From Patescibacteria group bacterium (GTDB lineage Bacteria; Patescibacteriota; Patescibacteriia; Magasanikbacterales; UBA922), in assembly GCA_018823045.1 (NCBI GenBank), contig JAHJIX010000022.1, positions 1,508 through 65,507 of the forward strand: DNA of 64,000 nucleotides, in the 5' to 3' direction. The translations under genes were made by a program, and so were the position numbers. The notes under the pieces were generated by a model. The model was given only the letters and a program-made list of their open reading frames with translations, searched no databases and was not told the DNA's origin. The stretch's first letter is position 1; every line of letters begins with the position of its first letter. Shown here piece by piece: positions 53,647-62,171 of the stretch.

Positions 53647-55924
53647 CATACAATTCATTAGCAATCTTTTTATTAAAAACGTCTTCATCTAACCAATTAC
53701 AAAAAGAGACTTCGTCTTTCTGAATATTTATATTCATTATATAATCTTTAAAGAACACACGTGCACCTCCAAATATTTGTTTTTTTTGATAAATATCAAT
53801 ATCTATCATATTGTCCATTACACTCATTTCATCAACATACACATTAGATAGATCTTTTACTGCAATTCCAATATTATTTTTTTCAAAAATATCATTTTTA
53901 CTTAATAATAAACTTTTTTCTCCTATACTTAATCCTTTATCTGAAAAATTATAAAATTGATTACCCTCCGTTATAATCTTTGAACCACTTACATCTAATC
54001 CATCCCCATTGACATCTAAATCAACATCACTTATTTCAAATAAATTTTTTTGTACAGTCCCTTCACAAAAATCTAAATCAACTTGATCAGCAGTATTATT
54101 AAAAAATAAATTATCAGTAATCAAAATATTTCCATATTTTACATTTAATCCATCATCAGCAGTATTATTATATATTTGACTATTTCTTAATACGACATCA
54201 CAATAATAGACATTCAAAGCACCTGTATAATACACTCCATCAACAAATGCTTCACTCCCACCTGAAACATGTGTATGAACAATATTACTTTTACAATTTT
54301 TTTCACTAACACCCTGAATGGCAAATACACCAAATTCCTTATTAGGATCACTCGCTGATATTAAAATCGGATTATCGGCTGTTCCTAATAAATCAACTTC
54401 TGTATCAGAAATAAACGAAACACCAGGCCCCATATACACATGCACACCAGGATGAAATAATATCTTTTTATCAAAGGAAAGATGTATGTTTTCTCTTATC
54501 GTATATTCACCTTCAAGTAATTCATAAATATTTTTTGATGAATTATAATAAAAACTTAAAGGACCGACATTAATCACCTGTTCAACAGTATTATTTTTTT
54601 CTTCAATACCATCTAAAAAATTCTCTTTTGTGTTTAAATAATCTTTCCATATATTAAAATTATAGACAATATCCTCCCTGTTTTGTTCAATTGTTCTTTT
54701 TCTTTGCCTTCTGCCACGAGAAATACTATGATCAGCCATAATCAAATCATAATATTCTTCGTTCAAATCATCATAATACTGTAAAATATCATTTTCCTTA
54801 TCTATAAGTTTTTCTAAATAAAGATCTCTAACATTTATTATATCAACCGAAGTATCCAACATGTCAAAAAAATTACTTTTAAGCAAATCACCACTACGAC
54901 CAATCGCTCCCTCTAGTCTAGGTAATGGAAAAAATTTCCCTGAAGAAAATATATATACAAATCTTAAATTAGGATTTTCAATATCATGTTGCATCCCCAA
55001 TATATTTCTCCAAGCTTCAAATGCGCCTGTTTTTTCTTTATCTAAATAAGACAAAACCTTTTCTTCATTATTTTCTTCAATTGCAATAAAGAAATCTTCT
55101 ATAATTAAAGATAATTCTTCTTCTGAAATAATGAAATTATCATCTAATTTTATTGTTTCAATAAAATCAATGTTAAAATTTCTTCGTTCAAGATAAGGTA
55201 CTTTTTTTGCATCGAAGTCAATGACATATACACCACTTAACCTATTCTTTTCTAAATATTTTTCATCATACTTTTCTTCAACATAATAAATACCATAACT
55301 TAACCCATTAATAAAGACCTGTTTTAATGACTGATCAACTATAGGCAGATCAATAATACTATTTACATAATTTGATATAAATGGAGAATAATATCCACGA
55401 TCATCTGGAATTAAAATACGCCAAGAAACAAAACGTTCTGGTAAAAACTCATTTAGAAATTTAAGCTTAAATGACTTTTTTCTATATTTATAATGATTAC
55501 TTGATTGACCGTGTAATGACATCTTTGCATCAAAATCTTCCCCTTGATAATTGACTGATATTTTTCTATTATCAGAAAAATTCATGATATTTTTCTGATT
55601 ATTTTTAAGAATATCTTCAAAAAACAAAATATCATTTGAAGATAATTTAAGATGTATTTTTTCTAAAGAAGAATATTTCAATGCCACATTATTAAAAAAG
55701 GGGTCAATTTCATCGATAAATTTAAATAATTTATTTCTAATAGCTGCAATTTTAAGTGGATTTTCTTCTTGTACTATAATACTAGCTTTATAATCAACCC
55801 CATCTAAAAAATCAAACATAACCCTATCTGATTTATAGAGACCTATACAAAATAAAAATAGACACAATACAAATATCAATCTTTTTTTTGAATTTTTTTT
55901 AACTATCTTACTCCAAAAATACAT
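53636..55924 (-). CDS. CotH-family atypical kinase domain protein with C-terminal right-handed beta-helix (pectate-lyase-like) repeats, membrane-anchored/secreted
   Basis: 762 aa. N-terminal signal anchor LIFVLCLFLFCIGLY. CotH-like region ISVNYQGEDFDAKMSLHGQSSNHYKYRKKSFKLKF (CotH is an atypical protein-kinase fold). The C-terminal ~300 aa contains repeated N/D/G-rich beta-helix coils (NNTADDGLNVKYGNILITDN; FNNTADQVDLDF; DGLDVSGSKIITEGNQF). Confidence 0.65.
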   Translation of the reverse strand: MYFWSKIVKKNSKKRLIFVLCLFLFCIGLYKSDRVMFDFLDGVDYKASIIVQEENPLKIAAIRNKLFKFIDEIDPFFNNVALKYSSLEKIHLKLSSNDILFFEDILKNNQKNIMNFSDNRKISVNYQGEDFDAKMSLHGQSSNHYKYRKKSFKLKFLNEFLPERFVSWRILIPDDRGYYSPFISNYVNSIIDLPIVDQSLKQVFINGLSYGIYYVEEKYDEKYLEKNRLSGVYVIDFDAKKVPYLERRNFNIDFIETIKLDDNFIISEEELSLIIEDFFIAIEENNEEKVLSYLDKEKTGAFEAWRNILGMQHDIENPNLRFVYIFSSGKFFPLPRLEGAIGRSGDLLKSNFFDMLDTSVDIINVRDLYLEKLIDKENDILQYYDDLNEEYYDLIMADHSISRGRRQRKRTIEQNREDIVYNFNIWKDYLNTKENFLDGIEEKNNTVEQVINVGPLSFYYNSSKNIYELLEGEYTIRENIHLSFDKKILFHPGVHVYMGPGVSFISDTEVDLLGTADNPILISASDPNKEFGVFAIQGVSEKNCKSNIVHTHVSGGSEAFVDGVYYTGALNVYYCDVVLRNSQIYNNTADDGLNVKYGNILITDNLFFNNTADQVDLDFCEGTVQKNLFEISDVDLDVNGDGLDVSGSKIITEGNQFYNFSDKGLSIGEKSLLLSKNDIFEKNNIGIAVKDLSNVYVDEMSVMDNMIDIDIYQKKQIFGGARVFFKDYIMNINIQKDEVSFCNWLDEDVFNKKIANELYVKN

Positions 55925-55939
55925 ACATCAACTTTTCCA

Positions 55940-56914
55940 TTATTCTTGCATATCCGCATCTAACATTATCTTCACTAAATCCTTAAACCGTACTTGTGGC
56001 TCCCATCCTAATTCTTTTTTTGCTTTTGTATAATCACCCACCAATAAATCAACTTCTGCCGGACGTGTATACTTTTTATCAAATTTCACATAGTCCTTCC
56101 AATCTAAACCTGCAAGAGAAAATGTCTCTTCTACAAATTCTTTGACTGTATGTGTTTCTCCTGTAGCAATAACGTAATCATCTGGAGTCTCTTGTTGCAG
56201 CATTAACCACATAGCTTCAACATATTCTTTTGCATATCCCCAATCTCTTTTAGAATCCAAATTTCCTAAAAATAATTCTGTTCTTTTTCCTACTTTAATT
56301 TCAGCAACAGCTTTAGTAATTTTTTTTGTGACAAAATTTTCTCCTCTTCTTGGAGATTCATGATTAAATAAAATACCACAACAAGCAAACATACCATAAC
56401 TTTCTCTATAATTGACCGTTTGAAAGTGTGCATATGCTTTTGCACAAGCATACGGACTTCTTGGATAAAAAGGAGTCGTCTCTTTTTGAGGAACTTCTAA
56501 TACCTTTCCGTACATTTCACTACTGGATGCCTGATAAAATCTTACAGGATAATCTAAAGAACGTAAAGCCTCAAGTAAACGCAATGTTCCTAAAGCATCC
56601 ACATCAGCTGTATAAACAGGTGTATCAAAACTAATTCGTACATGACTTTGTGCTCCTAAATTATAAACCTCATCTGGACGTATTTGATGAAGTAAACGTG
56701 AAATATTTGTTCCATCAGATAAATCACCATAATGTAAATAAATCCCATTATTATCTAACTCATCCGCTTTATGAATATGATCAATCCTTGATCTAAATAA
56801 TGTACTATTTCTTCTAACAATCCCATGCACTTCATATCCTTTTTCAAGCAATAACTCAGCCAGATATGATCCATCTTGTCCTGTAATCCCTGTTATAAAT
56901 GCTTTCTTTTTCAT
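55940..56914 (-). CDS. gmd: GDP-mannose 4,6-dehydratase
   Basis: 324 aa. [31 protein letters not shown] is the near-invariant Gmd N-terminus. The catalytic [10 protein letters not shown] (YxxxK) is present. Confidence 0.9.
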   Translation of the reverse strand: MKKKAFITGITGQDGSYLAELLLEKGYEVHGIVRRNSTLFRSRIDHIHKADELDNNGIYLHYGDLSDGTNISRLLHQIRPDEVYNLGAQSHVRISFDTPVYTADVDALGTLRLLEALRSLDYPVRFYQASSSEMYGKVLEVPQKETTPFYPRSPYACAKAYAHFQTVNYRESYGMFACCGILFNHESPRRGENFVTKKITKAVAEIKVGKRTELFLGNLDSKRDWGYAKEYVEAMWLMLQQETPDDYVIATGETHTVKEFVEETFSLAGLDWKDYVKFDKKYTRPAEVDLLVGDYTKAKKELGWEPQVRFKDLVKIMLDADMQE

Positions 56915-56917
56915 ACA

Positions 56918-58093
56918 TCAAGATTTAAATAATTTATCAATAATATCATGATTATTTTTTGCATATGTATCCCAATTTAGTTCTTTTTCTACGGAGTATC
57001 TAGCTTGAAGAGACATATACTCTAACTTTTCTTTATTTTCTAATACCTTTTGGATAATTTTTGCCATATCTTGAGGTGTATTTTGTGTGACATAACCATT
57101 TTGACCATCACTAATAAAATCTTTTGCGGCACCTGTGTCATAAGTAACTACAGGTGTTCCAGAAGCTAATGCCTCTACATTAGCAATACCAAATCCTTCA
57201 TATTTAGAAGTCAATACAAATAAATCAGCACAGGCGTATATTTCACGCAATGACTCATCACTCACAAAACCATTAAAGACAACACTCCCCTCTAGATTAC
57301 ACTCTTTTAGCTTCTCTTGCAACAAAACAAAATACTCATCATTTCCCTTATCTACTTTTCCATTTATTAAGAGTAATACATCAAGACCATTTTTCTTTAA
57401 GATATCAACGACACTTATCATATCTTCAATATTCTTTCTAGGGCTAATACGAGAAGTCGTTACTAAAACAAATGATTTATTTTGCCTTAGACGGTTTTTA
57501 TTTTCCCTGCTACAATGCTCTGGAGCAAAAAATACATGATCTGTCCCCTGCTTAATAACATGTATATTTTTTTTATGTGATACAGAAGTAATAAATCGTT
57601 TATTATCTTGACTGATGGTCAAAATACAGTCAGCAGCATTATAAACAAACCCACATATGTTATTTATATAACTCGGATTTTCTTCTTGTGTACTTATATC
57701 AGCCCCTGTCCCAAAATGATATTCAGATACAATAACTTTTTTACGAAATATATACTTATATACGAATACAATTGGAGATAAATGAAATGCATAATGCACA
57801 TGCAACACCTTAAAACCTTTGTTGAAAAAGTTTTTTATATATAACCATAAAAAAGAAAATTGCAAACAAATAATCTTAATAAATTTATTTTTATATAACT
57901 TACTAATTCTATATACATGTATACCCTCTATCAACTCATATGATGGTGCATTCTCCGTATTTATTGTCACCAGATGAATCTCATACCCATATATACGAAC
58001 AAGACGAGTATATAATTCATATACCGTCCGTTCAGCCCCACCCATATGTGGATAAAAAATAGGGGTAAATGCAAGTATTTTCCTTTTAGACAT
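56918..58093 (-). CDS. Glycosyltransferase family 4
   Basis: 391 aa. N-terminal FYPHMGGAERTVYEL. C-terminal TSKYEGFGIANVEALASGTPVVTYDTGA (EX7E). Confidence 0.8.
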   Translation of the reverse strand: MSKRKILAFTPIFYPHMGGAERTVYELYTRLVRIYGYEIHLVTINTENAPSYELIEGIHVYRISKLYKNKFIKIICLQFSFLWLYIKNFFNKGFKVLHVHYAFHLSPIVFVYKYIFRKKVIVSEYHFGTGADISTQEENPSYINNICGFVYNAADCILTISQDNKRFITSVSHKKNIHVIKQGTDHVFFAPEHCSRENKNRLRQNKSFVLVTTSRISPRKNIEDMISVVDILKKNGLDVLLLINGKVDKGNDEYFVLLQEKLKECNLEGSVVFNGFVSDESLREIYACADLFVLTSKYEGFGIANVEALASGTPVVTYDTGAAKDFISDGQNGYVTQNTPQDMAKIIQKVLENKEKLEYMSLQARYSVEKELNWDTYAKNNHDIIDKLFKS

Positions 58094-59183
58094 ACTGTTC
58101 TAAATATATTTTTATATGAGAAGTAATATACTCTATTTCCTCAGCACTTAAACCAACATATGTAGGAAGACTTATGCCATGCGTATATAACAATACAGCA
58201 TTTGGATATGATTCTTTTTGCATTTCTTTACTCAAATATGACATAGTATTCATTGGGGCAAATAACCTACGACTATCAATATCTACTGAAAATAAATAAC
58301 TTTTTAACTGCTCTATATCAATATCCTTAGACAATATACCAGAATACATCCAATTAACATGATCCGTATTTACAACATCTTTTTGTCTTTTTATACTATT
58401 ACCAAGATAACTATCATATGTTTTTTCTATTTCTTGTCTTTTTTCAAGAAACATATCTATTTGCTCTAACTGAGCAACACCAATAGCCGCCTGAAGATTT
58501 GTCATACGATAATTAAATCCAATCATTGTATGCTGATACCCCCCATTTTTTGCTCTTCCATGATTTTTACAAATATTAATTTTTTTCATGATTTCAGCAT
58601 CATTTGTAGAAATCGCTCCACCCTCACCAGTGGTAATAATTTTATTCCCAAAAAAACTATATGTACCGATATGACCAATTGTGCCTAATTTCTTTCCTTG
58701 TGCAGTAGCACCTAAACTTTCCGCATTATCTTCAATTAGATATAATCCATACTTATCAGCAATACCTTTCACAGCATAGACATCAGCCGCATACCCATAT
58801 AAATGAACTAATAAAATAGCTTTTGTTTTATCTGTAATTTTTTCTTCTATCTTTTTTGAATTAATCCCCCAACTATCTAATTCAATATCAACAAATACTG
58901 GGATTGCACCTACATATAATATAGCATTTAATGTAGCAATAAAAGAAGATGCGGGAAGTATCACTTCGTCACCTGCTTTAATATCTAGAGCGAGTAATGC
59001 TAAATGGAGTGCTGAAGTTCCATTTGAGGTACTAGTAACAAATGAAGCACCCAAATACTCTTTTAACTTTTCTTCAAATCTTATAATATATTCTCCTTGT
59101 GAAGATACCCAACCACTCTCCACAGCAGCATTAACGTATTTTTTTTCTAAAGAAGAAATATATGGTTTTGCTATAGGAATCAT
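58086..59183 (-). CDS. DegT/DnrJ/EryC1-family sugar aminotransferase (candidate GDP-4-keto-6-deoxymannose 4-aminotransferase, Per/RfbE-like)
   Basis: 365 aa. DegT signature TSTSNGTSALHLALLALDIKAGDEVILPASSFIATLNAILYVGAIPVFVDIE and YSFFGNKIITTGEGG. Adjacent to gmd and co-directional with it. Confidence 0.82.
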   Translation of the reverse strand: MIPIAKPYISSLEKKYVNAAVESGWVSSQGEYIIRFEEKLKEYLGASFVTSTSNGTSALHLALLALDIKAGDEVILPASSFIATLNAILYVGAIPVFVDIELDSWGINSKKIEEKITDKTKAILLVHLYGYAADVYAVKGIADKYGLYLIEDNAESLGATAQGKKLGTIGHIGTYSFFGNKIITTGEGGAISTNDAEIMKKINICKNHGRAKNGGYQHTMIGFNYRMTNLQAAIGVAQLEQIDMFLEKRQEIEKTYDSYLGNSIKRQKDVVNTDHVNWMYSGILSKDIDIEQLKSYLFSVDIDSRRLFAPMNTMSYLSKEMQKESYPNAVLLYTHGISLPTYVGLSAEEIEYITSHIKIYLEQYV

Positions 59184-60340
59184 ATAATTTGTGGCTTAAT
59201 TGCTTGTATAGTTAATTCTGTAATTTTTTCTATGGTACTTTCACGTGCAACCAGATACCCCTGCCTAATTAATTCTTTCCTTAATTGACTATTGTTAATT
59301 AACAAATCAACAGCATCTGCAATTTCTTTTTCATTTCCTGGTTCTACCAGTAGTCCATTTTTATTATGCTTTACAATCAAAGGAATTCCTCCTGTACGTG
59401 AAGCAACAACAGCTACTCCCCGTGCCATAGCTTCTAAATATGTTTTTCCCTGAGTTTCATAGATTGCAGGTACTAGTAATATATCAGCTTTATCATAATA
59501 TGCAAATAATTCTTCCCCATATGATACTTGACCTATAAACTCAATATTCTCTTTTGCAGAAGAACGATCAATTTCATTTTTTATTTGTTGAGTATCTTCA
59601 TCATTTCCAAAACCAATAATATGTAAAGTAACATTTGATGTTATCTGAGAAAAAGCACGTATCGCATGTATTAATCCTTTATAGCGATCAAATCTTCCTA
59701 CATAATATAGTGCATATTTTGTTTTTTCAATAATTTGCTTCTCTTTTATATCTGAAATCTTTAAATTAGAAGAATGAACTGCATATGAATATTTATCCGT
59801 ATAAAATATTTTTTTTCCTGTATATATTTGCACGTGCTTTTTAAATAACCATTTGACAAAAATATAATAAATAGGTTTTACAAAAAAATACAAACACTTC
59901 CTATACCATTTATTTCCTCTTACTCGCATTTCTTCTAATTGATTAGATGTCACACGAATAAAAAAATTAGCTCGTTTTATTTTTAAATACAATACACTAA
60001 TTAATCCAATATATGAATCAGGAAAAAATACCATAAATATAGCATCCTTGTGTGTATTATGAATTTTTTTTATGCTACCCCAATATTCTGATAATCTGTT
60101 GAATAATTCAACATGATTTTCATGATGTTTTATAGAAAATGGACACACCTTTACATGTGACCCAAATTGAAATCCTCTAAATGTATATATACTTTTTGGG
60201 GAATAATGATAGGTATGCGTAAAATATTGTGCCAGATCATCCATCTGCGGCTCAAGTCCACTACGAAAAAAATATTGATTATTCTTTTCACAATATTCAT
60301 TAGAGCCTATAATGACTAAATTTTTATTAAATTTCTTCAT
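59180..60340 (-). CDS. Glycosyltransferase family 4
   Basis: C-terminal AIYETQGKTYLEAMARGVAVVASRTGGI (EX7E). The start was chosen at MKKFNK; the longer ORF reaches 60376 and would overlap the upstream gene by about 50 nt. Confidence 0.72.
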   Translation of the reverse strand: MKKFNKNLVIIGSNEYCEKNNQYFFRSGLEPQMDDLAQYFTHTYHYSPKSIYTFRGFQFGSHVKVCPFSIKHHENHVELFNRLSEYWGSIKKIHNTHKDAIFMVFFPDSYIGLISVLYLKIKRANFFIRVTSNQLEEMRVRGNKWYRKCLYFFVKPIYYIFVKWLFKKHVQIYTGKKIFYTDKYSYAVHSSNLKISDIKEKQIIEKTKYALYYVGRFDRYKGLIHAIRAFSQITSNVTLHIIGFGNDEDTQQIKNEIDRSSAKENIEFIGQVSYGEELFAYYDKADILLVPAIYETQGKTYLEAMARGVAVVASRTGGIPLIVKHNKNGLLVEPGNEKEIADAVDLLINNSQLRKELIRQGYLVARESTIEKITELTIQAIKPQII

Positions 60341-61490
60341 ATATCCTTTTAAATACGGCACAAATATGAGCCACATCCGTTTTTTTTAACCCAATATAAT
60401 ATGGTAAGTTTATTATTGAATCACCAATATGTGTCGTATTTTTAAATAAAGAAGGTTCATATTTATCTTTATAATATGGAGTTGTAGGACAAGAATATTC
60501 ATTTGCAATCCCGGTATTTATACCCTCACTATACAGTTTTTTACGAACAATATCCCTATTTTTGTTTAAAATAAGCCAACAATGACTTAAAGCCATCTCA
60601 GATGAATAAACAAAACGTTTTACTCCTTTTATTTCTCCCAAATAGAGATCATACCATTTTTCTATTTTTTTTCTTTCTTTTAAAATAACATCTTTATGTT
60701 TTAATAAAAAAGTATTAACCCTCATCTCTATAAAAGACAAGCCTTTTGAGCAGTCTGTAGACAATGTACAATCCTTTAAAGAAAAATTATCATCATTCTT
60801 TTTAGATAAACCAAAAGATTTAAATAGAGTATACACCCATTTTTTATAATATACCCAATACAACAATAACTTAAGTATATTTTTACATTCATTAATGAAA
60901 CCTATCTTACACTCCTGATTACTTTTTAGTTTTTCATATAACTTCTTATCATCAGTCAATAAAACACCCCCACCGATCCCTCCTAGCTGTTTTGATTGAT
61001 TAAAACTAAATACAGAAACATCACCAATAGTCCCTGCTTTATATCCGTTACATGAAGAACCTACCGCTAAACAACTGTCTTCTATAATAAATACATTATC
61101 TGGCACTGATACAAATTCCTGCACTTCACCAAACATATGTGTTTGAATCACAATACCAGCATGTTGAGATAATTCAGAGATCGGTACAGTAAAATCCCTA
61201 TCACTCGGTTCAACAAATATAGGATTATTCCCCGACAATTCAACTGCATACGGAACCACAATACAAGTATATGAAGGAATTGCCACATCTTGTCCCACTA
61301 TTTGTTTTGCTTCAAATAATTTTTGTATAGCAACACGTCCAGATGAATACGCCACAGCATATGTTCTATCAAATACATTTTTTGCAATAGACTCAAATTC
61401 AATAATAGATGTATTACCAAAATATTTCCAAAACTGAAATAAAGAAAAAAACAAGCTTAATTTTATATATGGTCTAGCAATCGGATACAT
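60327..61490 (-). CDS. DegT-family PLP-dependent sugar aminotransferase/dehydratase-like protein
   Basis: AYSSGRVAIQKLFEAKQIVGQDVAIPSYTCIVVPYAVELSGNNPIFVEP and FSFNQSKQLGGIGGG (PLP lysine) match the DegT family. The start was chosen at MYPIARPY; the longer ORF reaches 61523. Confidence 0.6.
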   Translation of the reverse strand: MYPIARPYIKLSLFFSLFQFWKYFGNTSIIEFESIAKNVFDRTYAVAYSSGRVAIQKLFEAKQIVGQDVAIPSYTCIVVPYAVELSGNNPIFVEPSDRDFTVPISELSQHAGIVIQTHMFGEVQEFVSVPDNVFIIEDSCLAVGSSCNGYKAGTIGDVSVFSFNQSKQLGGIGGGVLLTDDKKLYEKLKSNQECKIGFINECKNILKLLLYWVYYKKWVYTLFKSFGLSKKNDDNFSLKDCTLSTDCSKGLSFIEMRVNTFLLKHKDVILKERKKIEKWYDLYLGEIKGVKRFVYSSEMALSHCWLILNKNRDIVRKKLYSEGINTGIANEYSCPTTPYYKDKYEPSLFKNTTHIGDSIINLPYYIGLKKTDVAHICAVFKRIYEEI

Positions 61491-61498
61491 ATTTATTC

Positions 61499-62170
61499 TT
61501 ATTTCTTTTTTTGAGCAATACACAATAAAGATGGCCCAAATTTTTTATTTAGATACCAAGGGACATTATTAAGAAAAATACGTAAATTTTCTTTATATGA
61601 TACATTTTTACTCATTTTTTTTATAATATAAGTTCTAGAGTATAAATGAGTAAGTCCTGATTGTATAATAATATTTGCTAAAGAAGCAGCATGAAATAAA
61701 CTTACTTCACCAATCTCTGATTGTCCGTTTAATTGAATCTTTTTTATTGCATCAAATTTTTGTGCATGTCTTAAAATATTTGAAAATCCATACACATGTG
61801 GAACGTCAATACACATCAATCCATCAGGTTTAAGATACGTAGCCAAATGAGATACAGCAGCAAGAGGATCAGAAACAAACTGTAATACACTTGGAATTAA
61901 AACAACATCATATTTTTTTTCGGTTTTATATGATTCTGCTGAAGCAACTAAACAAGTAAATCCCTCAGAATTCATCATAGCAATTCCCTTTTCATCGATA
62001 TCAATCCCCTCTACAGAATTTGCATACGTACAAATCATTTTATGTGCTGAAAAGTTTTTTTTATTATCAACACTCCAAGTACCGACACATCCAACATGTA
62101 ATATATCTTTTTTTGTTATGATATTTACTAATACATCTGTATATGAGCCATCTATAGAAAAACTATCCAT
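61499..62170 (-). CDS. Class I SAM-dependent methyltransferase (putative)
   Basis: 223 aa. ILHVGCVG (Gly-rich SAM loop), VEGIDIDE (acidic SAM ribose motif) and LKPDGLMCI are consistent with Methyltransf_23-type enzymes. Confidence 0.5.
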   Translation of the reverse strand: MDSFSIDGSYTDVLVNIITKKDILHVGCVGTWSVDNKKNFSAHKMICTYANSVEGIDIDEKGIAMMNSEGFTCLVASAESYKTEKKYDVVLIPSVLQFVSDPLAAVSHLATYLKPDGLMCIDVPHVYGFSNILRHAQKFDAIKKIQLNGQSEIGEVSLFHAASLANIIIQSGLTHLYSRTYIIKKMSKNVSYKENLRIFLNNVPWYLNKKFGPSLLCIAQKKK

Positions 62171-62171
62171 A

